Positions 7,623 through 18,603 are shown, counted from the first letter of the stretch. The stretch is DNA of 64,000 nucleotides from Candidatus Micrarchaeota archaeon (GCA_028867335.1 JAGWGN010000001.1:22910-86909), one strand, 5' to 3'. The notes: generated by a model from the letters alone, not told the origin. Program-made: numbers and translations.

Positions 7623-10411
7623 CAGTGGTTATTTTGAGCGAAGTATACGAGGCCTTCCTAGAGGAATTTAAGCAGTTCACAAACGTACAGGAGAGGGCGA
7701 TCAGGGTCGTAGAATCTGGAGACAACTGCATCATCACGGCGGCGACAGGAAGCGGAAAGACCGAAGCGGCGCTGCTCCCTGTTCTCAGCAACATCGTGAA
7801 GGACAGCCGGAGGCAGGGGGTCAGCGCACTTTACGTCACCCCCCTGCGGGCGCTAAACAGGGATTTGCTAAAGAGGCTCCGCAAGCTCTGCTCCAAGTTC
7901 GGGGTGCGGGTGGAGGTCAGGCATGGGGACACGACCCAGTCCGAGAGGACAAAGCAGTCCAAGAATCCTCCCGACATACTGATAACCACGCCCGAGACGA
8001 TACAGAGCATCTTCCTCACAGGGAACCTGAGAAACTCGATGCGAAACCTGAAGGCGGTGATAGTCGACGAGCTCCATGAGCTCTACTACAACAAGCGCGG
8101 GGCGCAGTTCTCTGTCGCGCTGGAGCGCCTAGTTGAGCTTGCTGGGGAATTCCAGAGGATAGGGATAAGCGCAACTGTCGGGGATATAGACACCGCAGCC
8201 TATTTTCTGTGCGCGCAGAGGCCGTGCAGCGTGGTCGACGCGCGCGGGAACAAGGAGTTCGTGATCAGCATTGTTATGCCCAGAAACCTTGAGAAGGAAT
8301 ATGCGGAGTTCTCCGAAAAATTCGGCCTTGACAAGCAGGCTCTGGCAAGAATAGAGTACATGGCAGATAGGATAAGGGGGTCTCAGGCGACACTGCTCTT
8401 TGCAAACACAAGGCAGGTGGTGGAGTCGCTTGGCAATAAGCTCATACACTTTGACGGGGTGGCGGATTTTGGGGGGATAGGGGTTCACCACGGATCGCTC
8501 GACAAGGAGGAGCGAATCGGCACGGAGAATGCGTTCAAGGAGGGCAAGATAAGGTCGATAATCGCGACAAGCTCGCTTGAGCTCGGCATCGACATAGGGA
8601 ACATTGACCTTGTGATCCAGTACGGCTCGCCGAGGCAGGTGACAAGGCTTGTGCAGCGGGTGGGAAGGGCGGGCCACAGTGAGAAGAGGGCATCGCATGG
8701 GGACATAGTGGTCGCAAGCGTGATGGACGCGCTGGAATCCGCGGCGATAGTCTCCCTCAACAAAGTGGGGATGCTCGAGAAAAGGGAGATACAGGAGAAT
8801 GCGCTTGACGTTCTTGTCAACCAGCTCAGCTCGGTCGCGCTTGAATACAAGAAACTCGACCCCGAATTCTTCTACAACATGATAAAGCGAAGCTCGTGCT
8901 ACGCAAAACTTGAGAGGAAAAGCTTTGAGGAGGCGCTTGCTTTCGCAAGCGAGCAGCGGCTAATAAGAAACGGAAAAGAGATGACCACGGCGAGCAGGAC
9001 AAGGCGCTATGTGATAGAGAAAATAAGCGTGATACCCGACTCGACGCGGTTTGTGGTGAAAAACATCTCCACAAACAAGATAATCTCGAGCCTTGACGAG
9101 AATTTTGTCTACAACAACATCGAGGAGGGAACGACATTTGTGACAAAGGGCCTGGTCTGGAGGGTTGTGAGCATCGATGAGAAGGTGATCTTTGTGGAGC
9201 CCAGCGTCGAGATTGATGCTGCGATACCGGACTGGGAGGGTGAGGACATCCCTGTATCGCATGCTGTTGCAAGCACCGCGTTTAGCTTCTTTGGAAAGCA
9301 TCGCCTGGAAGATTTAAAGTCGCTCCTGAGCCCCGGCGCCTACTCGGCGGTCCTGGCAACCATCGAGGAACAGGAGAAGCACTTCCCAATAGACGAGGAT
9401 GCGATCCACATCGAGGAAACGGACGAGAGGGCGATAATATACGTGCCGCTCGGAAAGCTTGCAAACGATTTCTTCGGAAAGATAATAAGCGCGCTCGTCT
9501 CTGCAAGCGTCGGGAGGAAGGTTCTGACAAAGTCCACGCCGTACGCAATCATCTTGGAGTATGAGGGCGCAGGGAAGCCCGCAGACATGAAGAAGGTACT
9601 AGAGGCATTCAAGCAGTACAAGCTTGAGAACCTGCTGCAGAGCAGCGAGTTCGTCTCCAGCTTCGACCTGTTCCGCTACAAGTTTGTGCAGAACGCAAAG
9701 CTCTTCGGGGTGATTGAGCGCAAGGCTACGATAACGCGCAGCACGGCGCTGAAGCTGATCGGCTTCTACAGGGATTCGCAGATATTCGAGGAGACAGTGC
9801 GGGACCTCGTGAGGAACTACTTCGACATTGAGAGTGTCAGGGAGCTGCAGAGGAAGCTGATCGACAAGCAGACAAAGGTGTTTGTCTACAAGAGCTTTGG
9901 GTCGGCGATTGCAAATGAGGTACTGCGCTCTGCGTATTTCTACAGGGAGCTGATGAACCCGCTTGCGCCGAGCAGCGAGGAGATAGACCAGTTTGCGCAG
10001 GGGCTGATGAGCAAGAGCGCGGAGCTCATCTGCACCTACTGCGGCTTTAGGTTCAAGCGAAAGCTCTCCGAGATAAAGGAGCATGAGAGGATAAGGTGCG
10101 TCTCGTGCAGGAGCCCGATGGTTGCGGTGTACGAGGAGGGATACGAACAGGGGATAGAGAGGCGAAAGAACAGCGAACGCTTTATGAAGAAGAGCGAGGT
10201 TGCGCTCTACGCGGAGGCGATAGCCAACGCAAGCCTTGTCGAGGCGTACGGGCTTCGCGCCCTGATTGCACTTGCGACCTACGGGGTGGGAAACAAGACG
10301 GCGGCCAGGATACTCAAATGGCTCAGGAAGGACACGAAGCTTTTCCTGATAGACCTGATAAACGCGCAGAAGCAGTTCATAAAGAACAAGAAGTACTGGG
10401 CGGACAGATAG
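7619..10411 (+). CDS. lhr: Lhr-family SF2 helicase with C-terminal zinc finger
   Basis: ATGSGKT, VDELHE, SAT, TSSLELGIDIG, QRVGRAGH, IPDWEGE; C-terminal CxxC...CxxC. Confidence 0.92.
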   Translation: MTVVILSEVYEAFLEEFKQFTNVQERAIRVVESGDNCIITAATGSGKTEAALLPVLSNIVKDSRRQGVSALYVTPLRALNRDLLKRLRKLCSKFGVRVEVRHGDTTQSERTKQSKNPPDILITTPETIQSIFLTGNLRNSMRNLKAVIVDELHELYYNKRGAQFSVALERLVELAGEFQRIGISATVGDIDTAAYFLCAQRPCSVVDARGNKEFVISIVMPRNLEKEYAEFSEKFGLDKQALARIEYMADRIRGSQATLLFANTRQVVESLGNKLIHFDGVADFGGIGVHHGSLDKEERIGTENAFKEGKIRSIIATSSLELGIDIGNIDLVIQYGSPRQVTRLVQRVGRAGHSEKRASHGDIVVASVMDALESAAIVSLNKVGMLEKREIQENALDVLVNQLSSVALEYKKLDPEFFYNMIKRSSCYAKLERKSFEEALAFASEQRLIRNGKEMTTASRTRRYVIEKISVIPDSTRFVVKNISTNKIISSLDENFVYNNIEEGTTFVTKGLVWRVVSIDEKVIFVEPSVEIDAAIPDWEGEDIPVSHAVASTAFSFFGKHRLEDLKSLLSPGAYSAVLATIEEQEKHFPIDEDAIHIEETDERAIIYVPLGKLANDFFGKIISALVSASVGRKVLTKSTPYAIILEYEGAGKPADMKKVLEAFKQYKLENLLQSSEFVSSFDLFRYKFVQNAKLFGVIERKATITRSTALKLIGFYRDSQIFEETVRDLVRNYFDIESVRELQRKLIDKQTKVFVYKSFGSAIANEVLRSAYFYRELMNPLAPSSEEIDQFAQGLMSKSAELICTYCGFRFKRKLSEIKEHERIRCVSCRSPMVAVYEEGYEQGIERRKNSERFMKKSEVALYAEAIANASLVEAYGLRALIALATYGVGNKTAARILKWLRKDTKLFLIDLINAQKQFIKNKKYWADR

Positions 10412-10479
10412 GCGGCCTTTCGGGGATGAAATTAGTAGACAAAGTTTTTATATCGGCCAAGAGCTATCCCTTAGATGTT

Positions 10480-10902
10480 ATGGCCATGGAGACTGTTTCG
10501 CACAAGCACAGAGTTCTTGTAGCAAAGCTCGGGCTTGACGGCCACGACCGGGGAGCGCTGGTGCTCTGCAAGGCGTTTAGGGACGCGGGGATGGAGGTCA
10601 TCTATTCCGGATTGTTTGCGACTCCGAAGCGGATTGCGCAGATAGCCGAGGATGAGGATGTGGACATTGTGGCCCTGAGCCTGCTAAACAATGCACACAT
10701 GACACTGTTTCCGAAAGTTGTTAATGAGCTTAGGGAAAAGAAGATTGATGGGATCTTGGTTCTTGGAGGGGGAACAATCCCGGAGGAGGACAAACCGAAA
10801 CTAGAGAAAGCGGGGGTGAAGGGTAACTTCGGCTCGGGCACACCCATTCCAGAGATACTACGATTTATTGAGAAGGAGATTGCTCTGGTGAAGAGGGAGT
10901 AG
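10480..10902 (+). CDS. Cobalamin-binding domain protein (methylmalonyl-CoA mutase small subunit-like)
   Basis: [12 protein letters not shown] (DxHxxG), LSLL, LGGGTIP. Confidence 0.9.
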   Translation: MAMETVSHKHRVLVAKLGLDGHDRGALVLCKAFRDAGMEVIYSGLFATPKRIAQIAEDEDVDIVALSLLNNAHMTLFPKVVNELREKKIDGILVLGGGTIPEEDKPKLEKAGVKGNFGSGTPIPEILRFIEKEIALVKRE

Positions 10903-13321
10903 GCTGAGAAGGGGGAGCCTCGGAGGGCTCGCTTATCACCCTTGCGTCCACGACCTTGGCGCCTGGCTCGAGCTTCATGAGCCTCACTCCTGAGGCAGAT
11001 CTTCCTGTTATCCTAATCTCGTCAACCTCGAACTTTATCGTGACTCCCTTTGAGCTTATCATTATCACCTGGGACTTTCCGTGCACAAACATTGCCTTCG
11101 CCACGGCCCCGGTCTTCTGGTTTGTCTTTATGTTGATTATTCCGCTTCCGCTCCTGTTCTGGTCCCTATACTTGCCGATCTCGGTGAGCTTGCCGTATCC
11201 GTTTTCGGTTACGCTCAGCAAAAATCCTGTCTCCTCCACTGGGATTATGTTTTCTGAGACGTCGCCGGGGCCGAGCTTTATTCCCCTAACCCCCATTGCG
11301 GCCCTTCCGAGGAACCTGATGCTGGCCTCCTCGAACTTTATCGCCTTGCCGAGCTTTGTGGTTATCGCCATGTACTTTTCCTTCGTGTAGATCTGGACGT
11401 CAGCAATGGTGTCGCTCTGGTTTAGGCTTATCGCCCTCACCCCGGTGACCCTTGGGTGGGCAAAGAGCTTTGCCATCGTCTTCTTTATCAGCCCCTTTGC
11501 GGTGAGGAAGACAATCCTTGAATTCTCAAAGTCCTTTATGCTAAGTATCGTAACTATCTTCTCGTCCTTTAGGTTGAGCAGATTGACTATGGCCTTTCCT
11601 TCTGCGTATCTGCTTGCCTCAGGAACTCTATACGCCTTGAGCCAATATACACGCCCCTTATCGGATATGCACAGCAGGTAGTCCTTGGTCTTGCATGAGA
11701 CTATCTGCTTGACAAAGTCCCCCTCCTTTAGGTTAATTGCAATAACTCCCCTGCCTCCCCTTGCCTGCTCCTTGTATGTGGCGAGCGGCATCCTCTTCAC
11801 GTAGCCGGTGTTTGTGAATATCACGGAGACCCTTTCGTCAGATATTAGGTCCTCGTCCTTTATCTCAAGTCCCTCGTCATGCTGGAGCAGCTTTGTCCTT
11901 CTCGGCCTCCCGTACTTCTCCTTTATCTCGGCGGTCTCGGCCCTTATTATCTCGTCGACCTTCTTCGGATCGGCGAGGATCTCGTTGTAGTATTTTATCT
12001 TTCCCTCGAGTTCCACTTTCTCGTCGGAGAGCGAGGTGGACTCCAACGCCGTAAGCTTGCTGAGCCTCATCTCCAGGATCGCATTTGCCTGCTTCTCGGA
12101 AAGCGAGTAGTTCTTCATGATGAGGTGCCTTGCCGCTGAGAGCTCCTTGCTCTGCTTTATGTCCTTTACTATCTGGTCTATGTTGCTTATCGCAATCACA
12201 AGGCCCTCGACAATGTGGTGCCTCTCTGTCGCGACGTTCAGCTCGAAGGCACTCCTCTTTCGGACCATCTCCCTTCTGTGTTCGATGAATGTTGTGAGCA
12301 GCTGCAGCACGTTGAAGTTCTTTAGCCTCTTGCCGACTATCGCGAGGCTTATTATCGGGAATGTGGTCTCCATCTGGGTGTGTTTGTAGAGCGAGTTCAG
12401 CACCACCTCTGGCTGAACGTCCTCCCTAAGCTCGATTACGACCCTTATGTCCTTGTCGCTCTCGTCGCGCAGGTCAGTTATGCCCACTATCTTCTTCTCC
12501 TTGACCAGGGAGGCGATGTTTTGGATGAGCGCCGACTTGTTTACGCTGTATGGAAGCTCGTGGATTATGATCTGGTTCTCCTTGTTGTCAATCTCCACCT
12601 TTGCCTTTATAGTGACCTGCCCCTTTCCGTATCTGTATCCGTTGTATGAGTTCTCGGACATGAGTGCGATTCCTCCGGTCGGGAAATCTGGACCCTTGAT
12701 TATGCCGAGGATGTCCTGCGGCGTTGCCTGCTCGTGGCCCAGCACATACTCGACCGCATCGCATACCTCGATCAAGTTGTGCGGAGGGATGCTGGTCGAC
12801 ACGCCGACCGCAATTCCGTAGGTTCCGTTGACCAGAAGGTTCGGGACCTTTGCGGGAAGCACGTCGGGCTCCTGCTCGGTGTTGTCGAAGTTCGGAATCA
12901 TCGGGACCGTTCCCTTCTCAAGGTCCGCGATCATCTCCTCGGCCAGCTTTGTGAGGCGCACCTCGGTGTATCTCATTGCTGCTGGAGGGTCTCCGTCGAC
13001 CGAACCGAAGTTACCCTGGCCCTCGACAAACGTGTGGTTTAGCGAGAAATCCTGGGCCATCCTCACAAGGGATTCGTAGACGGCAGAGTCTCCGTGAGGG
13101 TGGAACTTACCGATCACCTCTCCGACAATCCTTGCACTCTTCTTTGTGGGCTGGTTGTGCACGTTGTTGATGTTGTACATTGCGTACAGTATCCTTCTCT
13201 GCACCGGCTTGAGGCCGTCCCTGGCGTCAGGTATCGCTCGCCCTATGATTACGCTCATCGCGTAGTCAATGTAGCTTGACTGCAACTCGTCTTCCAGTTG
13301 GCGTGATTCTATTCTGCCCAT
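10865..13321 (-). CDS. gyrA: DNA gyrase subunit A
   Basis: [21 protein letters not shown] catalytic Tyr, GyrA-box QARGGRG, C-terminal pinwheel repeats. Confidence 0.97.
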   Translation of the reverse strand: MGRIESRQLEDELQSSYIDYAMSVIIGRAIPDARDGLKPVQRRILYAMYNINNVHNQPTKKSARIVGEVIGKFHPHGDSAVYESLVRMAQDFSLNHTFVEGQGNFGSVDGDPPAAMRYTEVRLTKLAEEMIADLEKGTVPMIPNFDNTEQEPDVLPAKVPNLLVNGTYGIAVGVSTSIPPHNLIEVCDAVEYVLGHEQATPQDILGIIKGPDFPTGGIALMSENSYNGYRYGKGQVTIKAKVEIDNKENQIIIHELPYSVNKSALIQNIASLVKEKKIVGITDLRDESDKDIRVVIELREDVQPEVVLNSLYKHTQMETTFPIISLAIVGKRLKNFNVLQLLTTFIEHRREMVRKRSAFELNVATERHHIVEGLVIAISNIDQIVKDIKQSKELSAARHLIMKNYSLSEKQANAILEMRLSKLTALESTSLSDEKVELEGKIKYYNEILADPKKVDEIIRAETAEIKEKYGRPRRTKLLQHDEGLEIKDEDLISDERVSVIFTNTGYVKRMPLATYKEQARGGRGVIAINLKEGDFVKQIVSCKTKDYLLCISDKGRVYWLKAYRVPEASRYAEGKAIVNLLNLKDEKIVTILSIKDFENSRIVFLTAKGLIKKTMAKLFAHPRVTGVRAISLNQSDTIADVQIYTKEKYMAITTKLGKAIKFEEASIRFLGRAAMGVRGIKLGPGDVSENIIPVEETGFLLSVTENGYGKLTEIGKYRDQNRSGSGIINIKTNQKTGAVAKAMFVHGKSQVIMISSKGVTIKFEVDEIRITGRSASGVRLMKLEPGAKVVDARVISEPSEAPPSQPTPSSPEQSPSQ

Positions 13322-13329
13322 TTAATCAT

Positions 13330-15243
13330 CTAGATGTCCAGGAACTTTACCTCTCCGGAGTGCTCCTCGAGGAACTTCTTTCTCTTTGCAACGTCCACTC
13401 CCATGAGTATCGTGAAGAGCTCGTTTGCCTTTGCCGCATCATCCACCTTTATCTGCTTGAGGACCCTGTTCTCAGGGTCCATCGTTGTCTCCCAGAGCTG
13501 CTCGGGGTTCATCTCTCCAAGACCCTTGTACCTCTGCACCGCTGCCTTGCCCTCGTATCCCCTGAGTTTTGTTTCAAGCTCCTCGTCGCTGTAGCAATAT
13601 GCCGACTCCCTGCCTTTTGTGATCTTGTAGAGAGGCGGCTGGGCGATATAGACATATCCGTTGTCTATTACCGGCTTTAGGTACCTGTAGAGGAATGTGA
13701 GTATGAGCGTCCTGATGTGGCTTCCGTCAACGTCCGCGTCGCTCATCAGTATGATCTTCTTGTACCTTATCTTGTCGATGTTTAGCGTCTCCTTTATTCC
13801 CGTGCCGAATGCCGCGACCATGGTGTGGATTTCCGCATTGTCGAATATCCTCTCCACGCTCGCCTTCTCCACGTTGAGAATCTTTCCCTTAAGGGGAAGT
13901 ATCGCCTGGAACTGCTTGTCTCTGCCCTGCTTGCTGGATCCCCCTGCGCTCTCACCCTCTACGATGAAAATCTCCGCCTTTGCAGGGTCGCCCTCTATGC
14001 AGTCCGCAAGCTTTCCTGGAAGAGCCGAGCTCTCGAAGATGCTCCTCTTTCGGACCATCTCTCTTGCCTTCTTTGCGCTCTCCCTTGCGGCAGCGGCGTT
14101 TATCACCTTTTCGGCGATGGTCTTCGCCTCTGAAGGATGCTCTTCTAGGTACCTTGAGAGCTGGGCGTAGACGACGTTCTCCACGATTCCCTTTATCTGC
14201 ATGCTCCCCAGCTTCTCCTTTGTCTGCCCCTCGAACTCGGGGTTCGCCATGAGCACGTTGATGACCACAGTGAGCCCCTCCCGCACGTCGTCTCCTATTA
14301 TCTTCACATCGCGCTTCTCTGCGATGCGGGACTTGGTCATGTAGTTTATTATCGCCCTTGAAAATGCAGACCTGAACCCGATCACGTGGGTTCCTCCCTC
14401 CATCGTCCTGATGTTGTTCACGAAGGCCTCGATTTTCTCGTCGTAGCCCTTGTCGTACTGTATGGCGATCTCAATTGTGTTTAGCTCGACCTGCTTCTTG
14501 AAATGGATTATGGGTGTTATCGCGTCGGTTCCCTTGTTTAGGTACGCGATGAAATCTGGAAGGCCGTTTTGCGAGAAGTACTCCTGCTCGTCCTTTGGGC
14601 TCACCCTTTCGTCCACGAATATTATCCTCACCCCGGGGTTGAGGAAAGTCGTGTACCTTAGCCTATGCTTTAGTATTTCAGCGTCAAAATTCGGAGTGAC
14701 GAAAATCTCTGGGTCCGGCTTGAACTTTATCGTTGTTCCGCGCCCTGTGGTCTCCCCTACCTGCTCAAGTGAGGATGTGGGGATCCCCTTGCTGAAACTC
14801 ATCTTGTACTCCTTGCCGTTTTTCTTTACGGTAATCTCCGTGAATTCGGAAAGCGAGTTTATTACCGTGAGTCCGACGCCGTGCAGCCCTCCCGCAGTCT
14901 TGTAAACGTCGTTGTTGAACTTTCCTCCCGAGTGAAGCGAGGTCATTATCACTTCAAGCGCAGGCTTGTTGTACTTCGGCATTATGTCAATTGGTATCCC
15001 CCTGCCATCGTCGGAGAGCTCTGCGACATCACCGGTCCCGTTTGTAGAAAGAGTGATCTTGATCGTCTTGCAGTAGCCCGCCATGGCCTCGTCGACCGCG
15101 TTGTCGAGCGCCTCGTAGAGAAGATGGAGCACTCCGCCAGGGCCTGTTGACCCGATGTACATTGCGGGCCTTTTTCTTATTCCAAGAGGCCCTTCAAGTA
15201 CCGTGATTTTCGATGCGTTATACTCATCTTCCACTCCTACCAT
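13330..15243 (-). CDS. gyrB: DNA gyrase subunit B
   Basis: RPAMYIG, EALDNAVDE, GGLHGVG, VEGESAGG, DADVDGSHI, RYKGLGEM. Confidence 0.97.
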   Translation of the reverse strand: MVGVEDEYNASKITVLEGPLGIRKRPAMYIGSTGPGGVLHLLYEALDNAVDEAMAGYCKTIKITLSTNGTGDVAELSDDGRGIPIDIMPKYNKPALEVIMTSLHSGGKFNNDVYKTAGGLHGVGLTVINSLSEFTEITVKKNGKEYKMSFSKGIPTSSLEQVGETTGRGTTIKFKPDPEIFVTPNFDAEILKHRLRYTTFLNPGVRIIFVDERVSPKDEQEYFSQNGLPDFIAYLNKGTDAITPIIHFKKQVELNTIEIAIQYDKGYDEKIEAFVNNIRTMEGGTHVIGFRSAFSRAIINYMTKSRIAEKRDVKIIGDDVREGLTVVINVLMANPEFEGQTKEKLGSMQIKGIVENVVYAQLSRYLEEHPSEAKTIAEKVINAAAARESAKKAREMVRKRSIFESSALPGKLADCIEGDPAKAEIFIVEGESAGGSSKQGRDKQFQAILPLKGKILNVEKASVERIFDNAEIHTMVAAFGTGIKETLNIDKIRYKKIILMSDADVDGSHIRTLILTFLYRYLKPVIDNGYVYIAQPPLYKITKGRESAYCYSDEELETKLRGYEGKAAVQRYKGLGEMNPEQLWETTMDPENRVLKQIKVDDAAKANELFTILMGVDVAKRKKFLEEHSGEVKFLDI

Positions 15244-15393
15244 GAAAATCAAACCGGTTCCCTCAAATTTCATTACATTTCAATCCTTATAAACCTTTTG
15301 CGGGGGGTTTGTCGTCGAAAAACGGAGTTGGAAACAGGGCGCTAAAATCAGCTCAATATAAGAAGTTTTAGAACTTAGTTATAGTGTGAGTCA

Positions 15394-16713
15394 ATGGCAA
15401 AGAAGGTGCTCATAATAGGCGCTGCGGGAAGGGATTTCCACAACTTCAACATGCTCTTCAAAGGAAGAAAGGAGTACAGGGTTGTCGCATTCACTGCTGC
15501 GCAGATACCTTTCATCGAAAATAGAAACTATCCGAAAGCGCTTGCTGGCAAGGAATATGGAGAGGGGATCCCCATATACAGCGAGGCGCTTCTAACAAAA
15601 CTTATCGTCCAGCACAAGATAGACCTTTGCGTGATGTCGTATAGCGATTTGCAGAATCAGGAAGTGATGAACAAGGCAAGCGTAGTCAATGCCGCAGGAG
15701 CTGACTTCTGGCTCGTCGCACCCGCACACACAATGCTCAGGTCGAAAAAACCGGTGATTGCCGTTTGCGCCGTTAGGACTGGAAGCGGAAAGAGCCAGGT
15801 GTCAAGACACATTGCAAGGATAATCAAAAAGCTTGGCAAGGTGCCGGTTGCTATAAGGCATCCAATGCCTTACGGGGACCTGAGGAGGCAGGCTGTCGAG
15901 AGATTTGCAACGCTAAAGGACCTTGAAAAATACAAGACGACAATTGAGGAGAGGGAGGATTACGAACCCCACATAAGAAACGATACTGTGGTTTATTCGG
16001 GAGTGGACTACGAAAAAATACTCAGGGCTGCCGAGAAGGAAGCGGACATAATCATATGGGACGGAGGGAACAATGATGCGCCGTTCATCAAGCCCGACCT
16101 CTTTATCACGGTGGCAGACCCGCTCAGGGTTGGGGACGAGCTCTCGTATTATCCGGGCCAGACTGTGGCCAGAATGGCGGATCTGCTGATTATCAACAAG
16201 GCGAACTCTGCGACGGAGCTGGAGATAGAGGACCTAAGGCAGGATCTGGAGCTGATAAACAAGAAAGCAAGGATTGTGCTTGCGAACTCTGTGATAAGCG
16301 TTGCGCATCCCGAAAGCATACGCGGAAAGAGGGTGCTTGTGATAGAGGATGGGCCTACGGTGACCCATGGAGGGATGAAATTCGGCGCCGGAACTGTTGC
16401 GGCAAAGAAGTTCGGGGCGCGGGAGATAATCAGCCCCAAGAAGTACGCTGTTGGGAACATAGCCGCGCTCTACGAGAAGTACAAGCATCTTGACAAGATC
16501 CTGCCGGCGGTGGGATACAGCAAACGTGAGATTCGTGAGCTTCAAGAGACGATAAATAGCGCCAAATGCGACATCGTGGTCTCAGGCACCCCGACTGACC
16601 TTGGCAGGATACTGAAGATCAACAAGCCGCTCATTAACGTGAAATATGAGCTGGAAGAGAGGAACCCGCATTTGAGGGATACTATTATTAATTTTGCACG
16701 AGAAAGGAAATAA
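15394..16713 (+). CDS. Predicted P-loop GTPase (COG2403 / cyclic 2,3-diphosphoglycerate synthetase-like family)
   Basis: GAAGRDFHNFN, RTGSGKS, RHPMPYG, WDGGNND, EDGPTVTHGGM. Confidence 0.85.
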   Translation: MAKKVLIIGAAGRDFHNFNMLFKGRKEYRVVAFTAAQIPFIENRNYPKALAGKEYGEGIPIYSEALLTKLIVQHKIDLCVMSYSDLQNQEVMNKASVVNAAGADFWLVAPAHTMLRSKKPVIAVCAVRTGSGKSQVSRHIARIIKKLGKVPVAIRHPMPYGDLRRQAVERFATLKDLEKYKTTIEEREDYEPHIRNDTVVYSGVDYEKILRAAEKEADIIIWDGGNNDAPFIKPDLFITVADPLRVGDELSYYPGQTVARMADLLIINKANSATELEIEDLRQDLELINKKARIVLANSVISVAHPESIRGKRVLVIEDGPTVTHGGMKFGAGTVAAKKFGAREIISPKKYAVGNIAALYEKYKHLDKILPAVGYSKREIRELQETINSAKCDIVVSGTPTDLGRILKINKPLINVKYELEERNPHLRDTIINFARERK

Positions 16714-16723
16714 CGCTTTTTCT

Positions 16724-16798
16724 GGGTTCGTAACTCAGCTTGGTCAGAGTGGCTGGCTCTTAACCAGCAAGCCGGGGGTTCAAATCCCCCCGAGCCCA
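16724..16798 (+). tRNA. tRNA-Lys(CTT)
   Basis: GGGTTCG/CGAGCCC acceptor; GCTGG-CTCTTAA-CCAGC; TTCAAAT loop; no encoded CCA. Confidence 0.95.
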
Positions 16799-16856
16799 TT
16801 TTTTATTGAAACAAACCCTGAGGACACTATAAATAATCTAAAAAGAAAACAAATTT

Positions 16857-17195
16857 ATGGCAAAAGAAGATCTTGCAGAGTTCAGTATTCCCGTAAAATT
16901 TTACGGCCAGCGCCTTAGCGATGCAGAGAAAGAAGGCGTTTGCGCGAATCTTAGCAAAGGTGAAAAATCGGTGCTCAAGCTATTTTGGATAAGCCAAGGA
17001 TTTGTGGACGTAAAGGATATTAGAAGACATGTGAAACCAGCGCTCTCGAAAGAGCTAGATCTAATTTTAGAGAGTCTTGAAAAAAAGAAGTTGATCTATT
17101 TGGCAAATGATCTAAACCATCCAGGGAACACTTATGCGATGGTGATGCCACAGGGGTTTCAGGTTATGGGAATCCTATTCTCAAAGAGAGACTAA
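16857..17195 (+). CDS. Hypothetical protein, possible winged helix
   Basis: 112 aa; LSKGEKSVLKLF...LESLEKKKLIY pattern. Confidence 0.6.
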   Translation: MAKEDLAEFSIPVKFYGQRLSDAEKEGVCANLSKGEKSVLKLFWISQGFVDVKDIRRHVKPALSKELDLILESLEKKKLIYLANDLNHPGNTYAMVMPQGFQVMGILFSKRD

Positions 17196-17287
17196 TCTTA
17201 TACGGCACACATTACAAAACCACAAACATTCCTGCGTATTCTGCGAAAAATGTGGTTGTTTAAATATGACTGAAGCGTTAATCTAGT

Positions 17288-17452
17288 ATGGATAAGATGG
17301 CTTCATTCAAGGAAAATGAAGGACTAAACCTCGCAGTTAGGAGAGCATACTTTGATCACAAGTTCAGAAGCGAAAAGAGTTTTGGGCTTGGAAGCGGCGT
17401 AGGTGTCGTGATAAGGTCAACATTTGAGAGCATGAAAGGCAGATTTAGATAA
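17288..17452 (+). CDS. Small hypothetical protein (54 aa)
   Basis: MDKMASFKENEGLNLAVRRAYFDHKF...; TTTAAATA about 28 bp upstream. Confidence 0.45.
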   Translation: MDKMASFKENEGLNLAVRRAYFDHKFRSEKSFGLGSGVGVVIRSTFESMKGRFR

Positions 17453-17512
17453 GATATAAATATGATTGATGCGTAATATTAGAGAAATACTATTTCTCTA
17501 CCGGTGATTTTC

Positions 17513-18262
17513 ATGAAAAACAACAAAAAAGCGACCAAAAAAGCTGCTTACAAGAATGCTTCAGCGAAGAAATCTGCCGCAAGGCATGTTTCCTCAAAGA
17601 AGGTCATTAGAAAGGCTGCAAAGGCGCAGAGAAAACAGTCGAAGTCGATGAAGAAGGTAAAGTCCCTGCCGAAGAGGGTCGCAAAGATGCAGACGAAGGC
17701 GGTGGCTGCACCGAAGGAGAGGAGGGCGAAGGAGGTCATTGACTTTAGGGCGGCGAACTTTGCGGACGAGGCGCTGATCAAGACGGTGATCGGAGAGCCC
17801 CACTTCACAAACCACGTTTCAAGGAGCGTCGGCAAGAGGGCAGGCGAGATAATCCAGCTGCTTGCAACGCCTCAGACTGATGATGCGATAGCGGAGAAGC
17901 TCGACATCAAGATAAACGAGGTGCGAAGGATGCTAAACACCCTAAACACCTACGGGGTCGCGCGCTACAACGTCAACAAGGACAGCAAGGGCTGGCTCAC
18001 ATTCAAGTGGTACATAGACGCAGGTAAGATAACCGAGATGAAGGACGACCTTGTCATGAAGAACGGCGAGGGCGCATACAAGCTCCCTGAGGGGTGCAAC
18101 GACTTCTTCATCTGCGGCAAGTGCTACAGCGAGGAGAAGACGATCTTCCCGTTCGAGAGCGCATTTGAGATGGGCTTCAAGCATGAGTGCGGAGGCGCAA
18201 TGAAGCAGGTCAACAAGATGGAGGTAGAGCAGCTAGTGATGCAGGAGGGAAAGATCCTGTAG
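17513..18262 (+). CDS. tfe: Transcription factor E (TFE alpha) with Lys/Ala-rich N-terminal extension
   Basis: TDDAIAEKLDIKINEVRRMLNTL wHTH, GWLTFKWY, zinc ribbon CGKC...FESAFEMGFKHEC. Confidence 0.88.
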   Translation: MKNNKKATKKAAYKNASAKKSAARHVSSKKVIRKAAKAQRKQSKSMKKVKSLPKRVAKMQTKAVAAPKERRAKEVIDFRAANFADEALIKTVIGEPHFTNHVSRSVGKRAGEIIQLLATPQTDDAIAEKLDIKINEVRRMLNTLNTYGVARYNVNKDSKGWLTFKWYIDAGKITEMKDDLVMKNGEGAYKLPEGCNDFFICGKCYSEEKTIFPFESAFEMGFKHECGGAMKQVNKMEVEQLVMQEGKIL

Positions 18263-18270
18263 GTTGGTTT

Positions 18271-18423
18271 ATGGATTTGGCTACTAACAGCATAGTTTCC
18301 GTAAAGATACCGACCGATTTGAAAGTCGAGGTCTTTTCAGTACTGCGCAAAGATACCAAGTCAGGAGCAAAGTTCTTCCAGCCAATCAAAACTATATTCC
18401 CAGATAAGGACGAATTATTCTAA
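18271..18423 (+). CDS. Small hypothetical protein (50 aa), RHH-like N-terminus
   Basis: MDLATNSIVSVKIPTDLKVEV..., 8 bp after the tfe stop. Confidence 0.4.
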   Translation: MDLATNSIVSVKIPTDLKVEVFSVLRKDTKSGAKFFQPIKTIFPDKDELF

Positions 18424-18474
18424 CTGCGAAGGTAAGGAAGATATTATAAGCTATTTACGTCAATACTATTTCAT

Positions 18475-18549
18475 AGCGAGGTAGGGTAGCCTGGAGTGCC
18501 CGCCGGGCTCATAACCCGGAGATCGATGGTCCAAATCCATCCCTCGCTA
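18475..18549 (+). tRNA. Initiator tRNA-Met(CAT)
   Basis: A1-U72 pair (AGCGAGG/CCTCGCT); three G-C pairs in anticodon stem CCGGG-CTCATAA-CCCGG. Confidence 0.93.
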
Positions 18550-18603
18550 TTATTTTCAAAACCGCTAGCTTCGCTCTCGCCAATGTAGGGGAGAGGGGGG
18601 CAC

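Noticed and set aside
10096..10479. N-terminal extension of the B12-binding protein
   Set aside because: Out-of-frame overlap with lhr; a promoter-like box at ~10445 supports the later start.
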